DNA of 64,000 nucleotides from Octopus vulgaris (Eukaryota): NCBI GenBank assembly GCA_951406725.2, contig OX597816.1, positions 144,522,001 to 144,586,000 of the forward strand, read 5' to 3'. Shown piece by piece: positions 13,645 to 26,965 of this stretch (position 1 is its first letter; each line of letters starts with the position of its first letter). The notes under the pieces were generated by a model. It saw only the letters and a program-made list of their open reading frames with translations, ran no database searches and was not told where the DNA came from. The position numbers and the translations under genes were made by a program.

Positions 13645-13929
13645 GGAGGCACATGGCCTAGTGGCTAGAGCAGCGGACTCGCGGTCGAGGGTCGCGGGTT
13701 CGATTCTCAGACCAGGCGATGTGTGTGTTTATGAGCAAAACACCTAACAAAGTAATGTCGAACTTCTGCTGTTTCTTATCACCACAACTTTCTCTCACTC
13801 TTTCCTCCTGCATCTTGCAGCTCACCTGCGACGGACCGGGGTCCCGTCCAGGTGGGGAATCTATACGCCAAGGAAACCGGGAAAGCGGCCCTATGAACCA
13901 GGCATGGGTTGAGAAGGAACAAACAACAA
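13645..13929 (+). mobile_element. tRNA-derived SINE with (aac)-rich tail
   Basis: Head ggcacatggcctagtggctagagc...gggttcgattc has A and B boxes. Copy at ~28304-28588. Confidence 0.65.
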
Positions 13930-13959
13930 GCTCAGTATTATTATTATTAATATTATTCT

Positions 13960-14725
13960 GGTCATTCGTCTGTCTTTATGTTCTGAGTTCAATTTCCGCT
14001 GAGGTCGACTTTGCCTTTCATCCTTTCGGAGTCGATAAATTAAGTACCAGTTGCGTACTGGGGTCGATCTTATCGACTGGTCCCCTCCCCGAAAATTTTC
14101 GGGCCTTGTGTCTAGAGTAGACAAGAAAAGAATAATGTAAGGCGGCCAGCTGGCAGAATCGTTAGCACACCGGACCAAATGCTTAGCAGCATTTCGTCCG
14201 TGTTTACGTTCTGTGTTCAAATCCCACTGAAATTGACATTTCCTTTCGATAAGATAAGAAGCCCCTGAGATCTGGGGTCGAAATAATCGATATAGCACCC
14301 TCCCAAAACCTATCGGCTTTCTACCAAAACTTGAAATTCTTATCACTAAATTGAAGGTGGAAACCAGGGAGAATCCCTACCGTAACATGATGCTTGTGTC
14401 ATCTCTTCCTGATCTTTAAGTTCTGAGTTCAAATCCTACCTAGGTCACTCTCTTTCATCTTCCTAGGATCAATAGAATAGGTACCAGTTGTGTACTAAGG
14501 TCGATGAAATCAACTTTCTGTTTTCTACCAAAATTGTAGGCCTTGTGCCTAGAGTAGAAAGGATTGTTATTGAATGAGTCGGACAAAATGATTAACAAGC
14601 TTTTTACCGGCTCATTACGTTCTCAGTTCAAATGACACCAAGGTTGACTTTGTTCGCCATCCTTTAAGGGTCAATAGATTAAGAAACAGTCAAGTCCTGA
14701 GTTCGATGTAATCAACTTGCCATTT
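13960..14725 (+). mobile_element. Cluster of Nin-domain-like SINE copies
   Basis: Repeated gagttcaaat...gtcgactttgcctttcatcctttcggagtcgataaattaagtaccag core. Duplicated at ~28620-29385. Confidence 0.65.
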
Positions 14726-15279
14726 CGTGTGTGTGTGTATGTGTGTGTGTATGTGTGTGTGTGTGAGTGTGTGTGTGTGTGTGTGTGTGTTTGTGTGTGT
14801 AGTTTTGTATGAGTGTGATTTTGTGAGCGTCAGCGCACACGCACAAGGCTTAATCATCGATCTAATGATACCACAATTACGAAATATGTTAACATTCCAG
14901 AACCCTAATTAGGAGCGTACACACAAACACACACACAATCACGCACGCACATATATCTGGAGCCTTGCAGTACTGAGGTATACTCAACGTCCACAGCAGA
15001 AGTATTACGGCCTTACCCAGAAAAAGAGAATTGGACTGCCGATGCCACGTATAAATCACACCTACAGGCGGCAACTATGCGCGCTCATTCCGGTGTCACA
15101 CGAAAAGTAGTCACCACACACTGTGAAGTGGTTGGTGTTAGGAAGGGCATCCAGCCCTAGAGGCCATTCCAAGCCAAACTAGACTGGGACCTGAAGCAGT
15201 TCTCTGGAGTGCCACCTCTAGTAGAAAAAACTGTGCAGCCCATTCCAATTTCAAAAACGGAAGTTAAATGATGATGATG

Positions 15280-15346
<67 letters not shown>

Positions 15347-16436
15347 AGGGCGAATAGCACCGCGAGTGTCGCGTTGCTCTCAAGCAACTCTGCCGTCCTG
15401 GGTCGACCTTAAGTGACTTCAACACAACCAAAGCATTCTATAGGGGTTTAGTGGAGGGGAGGTACGACGACGAGCTCGGGGCTAACCTGGACGTCGACGA
15501 GGAGTACCTGACCCGCCTGTTCAGGACGACTTTCGGGCCAGGGCCCATGGACAACTTCCAGAGATCCCTGGCCTGGCAGTGCTACCGAGAAGCGCTACCC
15601 GTTCGGGATAAGCTCTACAGACACGGCTCGAGAAACACGGGGCCGACCTGCCCGAGATGCGGTCAGAGCGACGAAACCGTTCTGCACGCACTCGTTCAGT
15701 GTCCAACAATTTCCGACCTGTGGGCTTATGTCGAACAACTGCTGTCACGTGTGGGACGAGTCGGTTTATCAGCTGAGTCTATCGTCAATATTGTCACGCC
15801 TCCTTCCTTCAAACGGGAAGGAAGAGCTATTTTCATCATCCTTGTGGCTATGGCGAAAGAATGTATCTGGTGGACGCGTCTGAAAGGATTGGAGACAAAC
15901 ACTTTCCTCTCTGGTCAATCTCTCATCAACTTCTTCAAGTACCACTTGAAAAGGAAAGTGAGAGTAGAGAGGCAAGTTTTGTCTAGCGAATGTTTTAAAA
16001 AAAGATGGGTGAATGTAGCAAGAATGGCATGTATGAATGACGAAGCCACCTTGAGCATAGTCCTATGAACCCAGAAATCGAAAACAGAGAGTTGCTTATT
16101 TGCAAAAAAAAAAAAAAAAAAAAATATTAAATGTGACTTCATTGACCGAGGTTACCGTTATCTTTTCCGTAGGCTTTTCTTTCCACGGGTAAACCTCACC
16201 TGTCCTCCCCTTTACACTTCATATTGACATTTCTGTGATAACGATCCCTATTGATCAATTTTTTTTCCTCCCCCTTTTTTTTAACCCCCCTTTTTTTTGT
16301 CCTCTTTCTCTCCTTTTACGATCCCTTTTGATCGAAACTCCCCTTCCTTTTTTTTTTTTTTTTAACCTTCAAAAGAAAAGCTCTACCTTGTAATTTGTTT
16401 TATCTGTGTGCAGCCCTGTGTGCTAATAAAGAAACA
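15347..16436 (+). mobile_element. 5'-truncated Tx1-type LINE inserted in (TATC)n
   Basis: ORF 15451-16068 has the zf-RVT-like CPRCGQSDETVLHALVQC motif and is homologous to the C-terminus of the 1747-6973 element (NFFxxHLKR). AATAAA at 16425. (TATC)n on both sides. Empty paralogous site at ~29935-30095. Confidence 0.88.
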
Positions 16437-16513
<77 letters not shown>

Positions 16514-16670
16514 GTCTGTCTTTCTATCCATCTATCTACCTAGCTAGCAAGCTCTCCTTGTTTTCTCTGCGTGTGCGTATATATATACGTGTATATACGC
16601 ACAGATAGAGGGGGGAGACAGACAGACAGACTGGCAGAAAGACAGACAGATAGACAGATATATATATATA

Positions 16671-16940
16671 ACTAAAAATAAGGGTGTCTAAGAGATACCA
16701 CCATGCCGAAATAGCAGTCAAAACCCTGACTTTAAAAACCACGTTAAATGTTCATATCGTACCATGAACATTTTACGTGGTTTTTAAAGTCAGGGTTTTG
16801 ACTGCTATTTCGGCATGGTGGTGTCTCTTAGAACTCTTATTTTTAGTTGTAAAAAAATTATTACCTCTATACGGTATTTTTCCCTTGCTGGCCACTTGAT
16901 GATATCGATATTTAAATAATGATATTATCCTTATTTATAA
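16671..16940 (+). mobile_element. Fold-back insert in (TA)n
   Basis: Inverted repeat 16671-16756/16763-16848 plus a ~90-bp tail containing gctggccacttgatg and ending atccttatttata. Confidence 0.65.
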
Positions 16941-16971
<31 letters not shown>

Positions 16972-17003
16972 TTTATTTTAAGCAGCAGAAAATTCAACAA
17001 AAT

Positions 17004-17041
17004 CTGTTACTCTGAGTTTCTCGTTGCCGTTCATCAGACAG
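17004..17041 (-). ncRNA. Type I hammerhead ribozyme (inverted copy)
   Basis: Reverse complement of 17642-17679. Confidence 0.7.
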
Positions 17042-17641
17042 TTTTGTAGAATGGAACATATATATTAATTCAATCTATACTCTTACAAATACACCTTTAA
17101 AAAGAAATGGACTTGTTTGATTGGCCCTTTAGAAAAAACGGTCAATCTTCGAGCGATAAACAAAAAGGTCAAAAATATATGTATATATATATAAAAAAAC
17201 TTATAAAAATTATAAAATCCGAGGAAAAACCGAGGAAAAAACCTATTGCCGTTAATGAAGACAGTACAAATTAATGCATAGAAATTAAACCTGTTATAAA
17301 TACTGCAATACATATTTATATTAAAATCCACATATATATATCAACATACACAAAAGGATGCGCGTAAACGCCATACATACATATACAGACGTATGAATAT
17401 GAATATAGACGTACTGTCTTCATTAACGGCAATAGGTTTTTTCCTCGGTTTTTTCCTCGGATTTTATAATTTTTATAAGTTTTTTTATATATATATACAT
17501 ATATTTTTGACCTTTTTGTTTATCGCTCGAAGATTGACCGTTTTTTCTAAAGGGCCAATCAAACAAGTCCATTTCTTTTAAAAGGTGTATCGTTTGTAGA
17601 GTATAGATTGAATTAATATATATGTTCCATTCTAGCAAAAA

Positions 17642-17679
17642 CTGTCTGATGAACGGCAACGAGAAACTCAGAGTAACAG
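17642..17679 (+). ncRNA. Minimal type I hammerhead ribozyme
   Basis: Stem I ctgt/acag; canonical ctgatga; stem II cg-gcaa-cg (GNRA loop, closing a/a mismatch); gaaa; pseudo-palindromic stem III actc-a-gagt; GUA site at 17673-17675. Confidence 0.78.
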
Positions 17680-17781
17680 ATTTTGTTGAATTTTCTGCTG
17701 CTTAAAATAAAGCATATTACTCTACCACTGGTATTTGAGTACTCTTTTTTCCACCTTGTTTCACATTTATGTGTTTACTCC

Positions 17782-17839
<58 letters not shown>

Positions 17840-17852
17840 TAGATATAGACAT

Positions 17853-17945
<93 letters not shown>

Positions 17946-19693
17946 CAGATGTGTTTCTGTATGTATGCATTTATATAAGACTGAGCTTGTGAGGAAGGCC
18001 TGTACATAGTATCTAGTCTTAAGTGAAATAACAGCCAAATCTCTTAGTGAGACTTAACTGTATTTTGTATGTAGGTAGGTATATAAATGTGCTGTGTGTA
18101 TGCAAGGTAATTAATTAGGCAGAGTAAATAAAGCAGGGACCATAGTCTCACAACGTATGAAGGAGATTTAGAAGAGAAGAATAGAAGCGGTATATTACTG
18201 GTACTTAATGTCTTTAACCAGTGTGTAAAGTTAATCCAAACAATGTGTCATGGGTGGAGTGTCTTGGATTCTATGTGTGATGGATCAGGGCGAAATAGGG
18301 ATTAAACAGCTACAACTACACCAATACCACCCTTCGTCTGCAAAAGGCATCACCACTCTCACCATTACCCCAACCACCATCATTTCCACAAAACTACACT
18401 ACCAACAACACCACTAGTACCTATACCACCGACAGTGCCTTCATCATCAACACTACCAAAGCCACAACTACCACCACCCTGCATACTTCTGCTCAGTCCA
18501 ACTCTACGTTTTAATCGAATGCTTAGCCTTGGGCCCTTAATGGAATCAGTGCAATAGCGTGGTGGGGGAGATATTTCTACTAGTTTATTTATTGACCCTC
18601 AAACAATTTAATTTCAGTTGGATTTGATCTCAGAACAGGCAGAGCCGGAGCAATTAATTCAAAGTTTTCAAATGGCCACCGTGATCACCCGGTCAAAAAA
18701 GCAGCTAAACTTCCCTCAACTCACACCTTGATATCATAAGAAATAAAGGATATTGTGAACTATGTGATTTTATCTTGACCCTCACCCAAAAGATTGGATG
18801 GTCATGGCTAGAATGTTTTCTACATTAGAGATTATTTCAGAGCACCACCTAAGATTAGAACTCACTTCTACAAAGCAAGTGTTCACTAGAATTAGCGCAA
18901 GAGGTGACGTGGCCTCATTTCACCCACCACACATCTAACCAGTTCAGTATGGTTGCAGCTCGATGAAGTCATCAAATATCCGGGACAATATATCTGTGTC
19001 TGCAATACTGTCATTTGATCAGCTAAATGTGAGGGATGATAGCAACAACGACAACGCCAACAACATCACACACGCAAAACACCACCAGGATATATCAAGA
19101 TAACCATCGTTAATGTGGGAGAGGATCAGTTTACGTAAAATAATGAGTAGTGAATAAAGAACACGCCTTAGGTAATTTGATATCGTCATCGAATATTGCC
19201 ACACCTGAGATGTCAGTCACGTTGTCACTGTGATTTCAGTCAATATAATATTGGTTTACACACTCTGCTATTATATTTTGTTATGCAACAATCAAATTCG
19301 AACCCATTTCTTTATTTTGTGTTCGTTTAAAATATTTCAAGAATTTTTATCCTAATTTGAAATGTCAGACAAAATACTGAATCGGAAAACTGATAAACTG
19401 AAATCTTGTGATGCATATGTATGTATGTATGTATGTATGTATTTATGTATGTGTGTATGTAAGCATGTATGGACGACGTATGTATATAAGTTTGAGTGTA
19501 CGTATGCATATATATCTATGTATGTCTTTTCCATATGTGAAGAGAGAGAGAGAGAAAGAGGAAGAGGTGGATAAGGAAGGATGACATTAAACAAATGAGA
19601 CCCCTTGTATATGAGATGTCATATACAAATATTCATCCATGTAAATAGAAGGAAACAAAACATTGAATTTTTTTCAAACGGGGAAACTCCAAG

Positions 19694-19725
<32 letters not shown>

Positions 19726-19782
19726 TATATATGTATATATACATATACATATATATAAATATATATATATATATATAGATAG

Positions 19783-19854
<72 letters not shown>

Positions 19855-19856
<2 letters not shown>

Positions 19857-20185
19857 CGTGGCTCAGTGGTTAGAGCGTCGAGCTTACGATCGGGAGGTTG
19901 TGAGCTCGAATCCCGGACCGGGCTGCGTGTTGTGTTCTTGAGCAAGACAATTTATTTCACGTTGCTCCAGTTCACTCAACTGTAGAAGTGAGTTGCGACG
20001 TCACAGGTGCCAAGCTGTATCGGCCCTTGCCTTTCCCTTGGACAACATCGGTGACGTGGAGAGAGGAGGTCGGTATGCATTGGCGACTGCTGGTCTTCCA
20101 TAAAACAACCTTGCCCAGACTTGTGCCTCAGAGGGTAACTCTCTAGGTGCAAACACATAGTCAGTGTCTGACCGAAGGGGGTCAT
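19855..20185 (+). mobile_element. tRNA-derived SINE inserted in (TA)n
   Basis: A box gtggctcagtggttagagc and B-box-like gagctcgaatccc. Absent from the paralogous tracts at 24.6 and 32.8 kb. Confidence 0.75.
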
Positions 20186-20225
20186 ATCATATCTATATAT
20201 ATATACATACATCATACATATATAT

Positions 20226-20322
<97 letters not shown>

Positions 20323-20464
20323 CGCATGTATGTTCTACAGATATATATGTATGTAAAAAATATTTATACACACATATATATTTTATGTATGTATGTTTAT
20401 ATATATATATATTTATATATAAACACACATATATATATGTATGCATATATGTATATATGTATGC

Positions 20465-20505
<41 letters not shown>

Positions 20506-21870
20506 CATGCATGTGTATATTATTATGTATATATATATATATAGATAGATAGATTGAGAGAAACAGACAGACAGACAGACTGAGAAAGAGTGTTCCGAAA
20601 TTAAACCAGCCGAAGATTCGGGCTTAAATGACTATAAATATGATGAGATGTAAAAATCACACATCATTATAAAAGTTTTGTGTCCCCTCTTTTTATTGCA
20701 GACTAAAGAAATAATAAAGATTTATAAATTAAGGGCTAGTCTCTTAATCCCTCTCTCTCTCTATCTATAAAAGGCACACCAACATTTCAATTATTATTCA
20801 CCTCTTTCTCCTTTACAAATCTACACTTTTATATAATCATTTTATTTCGTCATCTTTTCTGCTAGTAATTCCAGAGAAAGTAGCAATATTTTCTAAATTG
20901 AAAGCAAATTATTACATCGACTATTGTTTCAAATACAATATATATATATATAACCTGTAAAAATATATTTAAAATCTAATTTTTTAAGACTTCAGAGAAT
21001 TTTTAAGTCTTGGAATGTCAGGATACAATTTATGAAGTTGAAATATTCAAACATTGCAGTAATTTATATAATCAATAAATATATTTGAAATTTAACAATT
21101 ATTTTAGTTTAAAATATATTAAAGATATGGTTTCTGTTGTTGAGGTTTAATTCTCGTCTTGTAAACCTAAGGACTAAGACGCTCTTGCCATGACCGTCCC
21201 ATAACTTATCATTGTCTAACTGGTTTAATTCACGCAGCAGTTTAGAAACTCCGCTGTGCGTTAATAATAGAGTTTATAATAATTCTATACAATGTGATGG
21301 AATTCTCAGAACCGATCCAGCTGATAAATAATGTTTCAGATTATGAGAAAACATATTTAATGCATTCCAAATTAAAATGTTAACATAGGATAAAGAAGTG
21401 GAGAGAGAAATGTATGCTGTCAACCACTTTCTAAATGTTTAAACAATTCATACTGTTTTCTACAAGATGTAAATTTTATTTAAATTACCAGATCAAATAC
21501 ATTTAGATGCTAAATTAAATGAATATTAAAACAGAAATCGTTTTAAAGAACGAAGGAAAAGATAAATTAAATGAGTCGTTAAATAAATTTAGAATTTCAC
21601 TTCAGAATTAGAAATTCACTGGAAACTACATAAAATAGTGTATAATTAGATGAATATTTTCATTTCATTAATTTCCATCAAATAAATTTTTTTCCGTTGT
21701 TTTAACTGAAGTATATTTGACTAAAAATGTTATACGTGTAATTTAACGCTTGTAAACTGTTTCTATAAAATCCTGGAATACAAAACAATTTATTATAGAG
21801 ATATATTTAGGTTTGAAATAGCTCTAATAAATATTTTGCTATGTAAATGTGTTAGTATGTTGTTAATTAA

Positions 21871-22071
21871 AGTAATTATGAAATAATATTCACCAAATTG
21901 AAAGTGTTTCGAATTAAGCCTGAATTTTTTCTGTCTCTTGAATGTTCAGAATATTCAAACAGCAGAGAGATTTTTTACTTCTGCAACGGTCGCTACGCAA
22001 TTATGAAATGCCAGGACGGAGATTATAAACGTGTGGGTGTTACTTTGTCCTGTGCGTGTATCTTTGATTAA
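21871..22071 (+). pseudogene. Cys-rich terminal-exon-like frame, possibly IL-17/cystine-knot related
   Basis: Open frame ...LECSEYSNSREIFYFCNGRYAIMKCQDGDYKRVGVTLSCACIFD*. The paralog at 11868-12005 has an in-frame TGA, the one at ~26570-26702 has TGA plus a frameshift, and copy 4 lacks the segment. Confidence 0.25.
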
Positions 22072-22538
22072 ACGTGTGTATGTGTAAGTATGTATGTTGT
22101 ACTGTCATGGTATAAGATGTATGTGTGTATATATGTGTGAAGTGTGAATGTATGTTTGATTAAAGGTATATGTGTGTATATTGTAGCGTGTGTTTTAGCG
22201 AATAGACAGAGACTACCTGTCTCAAATAACAACACACTGAATATCTCTCCGGCAACACCTATTCGTTGCTATATTCTTTCTCTCTTTCTCTCTCTCTCTC
22301 TCTCTATTTCTCGCATCTCTTTCTCTCTCTCTCTCCCACTCTCTCTCTCTCTCTCTCTCTCTCACTACGTCCTCACCAACGCGGCCACCAACAGCACCAC
22401 AATCAGTTCGCTCATTTCCATACAAACACTTTATCTTCGTAAACAAATCTTTTTTTTCTATTTTTTATACAGAAAATGTGCAAACCTTAAAATTTAAATT
22501 CATACATACACACACAAAAACATACATACATACATACA

Positions 22539-22810
<272 letters not shown>

Positions 22811-24577
22811 GGGAGATAAACTGAATATTAATTTAATTAATATCAATTTAAAACCAGTAGCCTAGCATATAAAAGTCTGAAAAATCCGAGAGAATACTAA
22901 TACATGTGTATTTTAAGAGCTAAAAACCACTATGTGGACAGCCATATGCTAGAAATAGATCACTACAAAGAAAGAATGTTCTCTAGTGAACATTCTTCTT
23001 TCTAGTTTGATAGTAGGTGATCTATTTCTAGCTTATGGCTGTCCACATGGTGGTTTTTAGGCCTCCATATACACACGTGTGTGTGTATATATATATAAAG
23101 TTGAAATTAAACAGCTACAACTACACCAATACCACCCTTCGTCTGAAAAAGGCATCACCACTGTCACCATAACCCCAACCATCATCACTTCCACAAAACT
23201 ACACCACCAACACCACCACTAGTACCTATACAACCGACACTGCCCTTATAATCAACACTACCACAGCCACAACTACCACCACCCTACATATTTCTGCTCA
23301 GTCCAACTCTACGTTTTATTCGAATGCTTTGCCTTGGACCCCTAATGGAATCAGTGCAACAGCGTGGTGGGGGAGGTTTTTCTACTAGTTTATTTATTGA
23401 CCCTCAAAGAATTTAATTTCAGTTGGATTTGATCTCAGAATAGAGAGAGCAGGAGCAATTAATTCAAAGTTGTCAATTGGCTACCGTGATGACTCGATAG
23501 AAAAAGCAGCTAAACATCACTTAACTCACACCTTGAATCATAAGAAAGAAAGGATATTGTGAACTATGTGATTTTATCGTGACCCTCACCCAAAAGACTG
23601 GATGGTAATGGCTAGAATGTTTTCTACATTAGAGATTTTTTTCAGAGCACCACCTAAGATTAGAACTCACTTCTACAAAGCAAGTGTTCACTAGAATTAG
23701 CGCAAGAGGTGACGTGGCCTCATTTCACCCACCACACATCTAACCAGTTCAGTATGGTTGCAGCTCGATGAAGTCATAAAATATCCGGGACAATATATCT
23801 GTGTCTGCAATACTGTCATTTGATCAGCTAAATGGGAGGGATGATAGCAACAATGACAACGCCAACAACATCACACACGCAAAACACCACCAGGATATAT
23901 CAAGATAACCATCGTTAATTTGGGAGACAGGATCAGTTTACGTAAAATAATGAGTAGTGAATAAAGAACACTCCTGAGGTAATTTGATATCGTCATCGCA
24001 CATTGCCACACCTGAGATGTCAGTCACGTTGTCACTGTGATATCATTCAATATAATATTGCTTTACACACTCTGCTATTATATTTTGTTATGCAACAATC
24101 AATTTCGAACCCATTTCTTTATTTTGTGTTCGTTTAAAGTATTTCAGGAATTTATATCCTAATTTGAAATGTCAGACAAAATACTGAATCGGAAAAGTGA
24201 TAAATTGAAATCTTGTGATGCGTATGTATGTATGTGTGTATGTATGTAAGATGTCTGTCTGTATGTATATATGTGTGTATGTATGTATGTATGTATGTAT
24301 GTATGTATGTATGCATGTATATATATATATATATATGTGTATGTATGCATGTATGTATGACGTATGATATATATGTTTGAGTGTATGTATGCATATATAT
24401 GTATGTATGTCTTTTCCATATGTGAAGAGAGAGAGAGAGAAAGAGGAAGAGGTGGATAAGGAAGGATGACATTAAACAAATGAGACCCCTTGTATATGAG
24501 ACGTCATATACAAATATTCATCCATGTAAATAGAAGGAAACAAAACATTGAATTTTTTAAAACGGGGAAACTCCAAG

Positions 24578-24603
<26 letters not shown>

Positions 24604-24608
<5 letters not shown>

Positions 24609-24773
24609 TTTATAGAAGGAGCTTCTACAGGACTAGAACTGTTTCATTCAAAAGAAATCATCGGCTTCCTGATGATTTCTTTTGAATGAACAGTTCTAGT
24701 CCTGTAGAATCCTCTATAAATAATTAATTACTCTATGTATTAGTACCTATTACGTGGTAACCCCGACTCAACC

Positions 24774-24778
<5 letters not shown>
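24604..24778 (+). mobile_element. Mini fold-back insert in (TA)n truncated at a hammerhead core
   Basis: Inverted repeat ~24604-24662/24671-24722. ctgatga at 24669-24675, stem II ttc/gaa, gaa(a)c...GUC at 24699-24701. Tail ends cccggata. Confidence 0.65.
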
Positions 24779-24840
<62 letters not shown>

Positions 24841-24944
24841 AAAAGATACATACATACATACAAAATATATATATGTATGTACGCATGTATGTATACAGAT
24901 ATATATGTATGTAAAAATATATATACATATATATATGTATGTAT

Positions 24945-25007
<63 letters not shown>

Positions 25008-25054
25008 ATATACACACATATATATGTATGCATATAGTATATATGTATGATATA

Positions 25055-25136
<82 letters not shown>

Positions 25137-26912
25137 ATATTATTATGTATATATATATATAGATAGATAGATAGATTGAGAAAAACAGACAGACAGAGTG
25201 AGAAATAGAGTTCCGAAATTAAGCCAACCGAAGATTCGGGCTTTAATGACTATAAATGTGAGGAGATGTAAAAATCATACATCATTATAAAAGTTTTTTG
25301 TCCCTTCTTTTTATTGCAGACTAAAGAAGTAATAAAGATTTATAAATTAATGGCTAATCTCTTAATCTCACTCTCTCTATCTATAAACGGCACACCAACA
25401 TTTCAATTATTATTCACCTCTTTCTCCTTTACAGATCTACGGTTTTCTATAATCATTTTATTTCGTCATCTTTTCTGCTGGTAATTCCAGAGAAAGTAGC
25501 AATATTTTCTAAATTGAAAGCAAATTATTACATCGACTATTGTTTCAAATACAATATATAAATATAACTTCTAAAAATATATCTAAAATCTAATTTTTTA
25601 AGACTTCAGAGAATTTTTAAGTCTTGGAATGTCAGGATACAATTTATGAAATTGAAATATTCAAATATTGCAGTAATTTTTATAATCAATATATATATTT
25701 GAAATTTAACAATTATATTAGTTTAAAATATATTAAAGATATGGTTTCTGTTGTTGAAGTTTAATTCTCGTCTTGTAACCCTATAGACTAAGACGCTCTT
25801 GCCATGACCGTCCCATAACTTATCATTGTCTAACTGGTTTAATTCACGCAGTAGTTTAGAAACTCCGCTGTGCGTTAGTAATAGAGTTTATAATAATTCT
25901 AGACAATGTGATGGAATTCTCAGAACCTATCCATCTGATAAATAATGTTTAAGATTATGGAGAAAACATATTTAATACCTTCCACATATAAATGTTAACA
26001 TAGTATAAAAATGTGGAGAGAGAAACGTAAGCTCTTAACCACTTTTTAAATGTTTAAACAATTCATACTGTTTTCTACAAGATGTAAATATTATTTAAAT
26101 TACCAGAGCAATTACATTTAGATGCAGAATTAAATGAATATTAAAACAGAAATCGTTTTAAAGAACGAAGGATAAGATCAATTAAATGAGTCGTTAACAA
26201 ATTTAGAATTTCACTTCAGAATTAGAAATTCACTGGAAACTACATGAAATAGTGTATAATTAGATGAATATTTTCATTTCTTTAATTTCCATCAAATAAT
26301 TTTTTCCCGTAGTTATAACTGGACTATATTTTTCTAAAATTGTTATACTTATAATTTAATGCTTGTAAAATATTTAAAAAGTTTCTATTCCGTAAAATAC
26401 TGCAGGAATATAAAACAATTTATTATAGAGATACATTTAGGTTTGAAATAGCTCTAATAAATATTTTGCTATGTAAATGTGTTAGTATGTTGTTAATTAA
26501 AGTAATTATGAAATAATATTCACCAAATTGAAAGTGTTTCGAATTCAGGCTGAAGTTTTTCAGTTTCTTGAATGTTGAGAATATTCAAACAGCAAGAGAG
26601 ATTTTTTACTTCTGCAACGGTCGCAACGCAATTATGAAATGCCAGGACGGAGATTATAAACGTGTGGGTGTTACTTTGTCCTGTGCGTGTATCTTTGTTT
26701 AAACGTGTGTATGTGTAAGTATGTATGTTGTACTGTCATAGTATATGATGTATTTGTGTATATATGTGAGTAGTGTGAATGTATGTTTGATTAAAGGTAT
26801 ATGTGTGTATATTGTAGCGTGTGTGTTAGCGAGTAGACAGAGACTACCTGTCTCAAATAACAACACAATGAATAATATCTCTCACGCTTCACCCATTCAT
26901 TGCTACAGTATT

Positions 26913-26965
<53 letters not shown>

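Larger units (their letters stand above)
16966..17783 (+). mobile_element. Fold-back hammerhead-bearing insert in (TA)n
   Basis: ~300-bp inverted repeat 16966-17267/17411-17717, 143-bp spacer, and tail 17718-17783. Absent from the paralogous block near 30.2-30.9 kb. Confidence 0.8.

Noticed and set aside
18841-19204. Ig-like words (APPKI, GQYIC) and a signal-peptide-like minus ORF in block C
   Set aside because: Several in-frame stops are shared by all copies, the segment is too short, and no splice structure was found.
19855-19925. tRNA gene
   Set aside because: No proper acceptor stem or terminator; it continues into a SINE body. The same applies to 13645.
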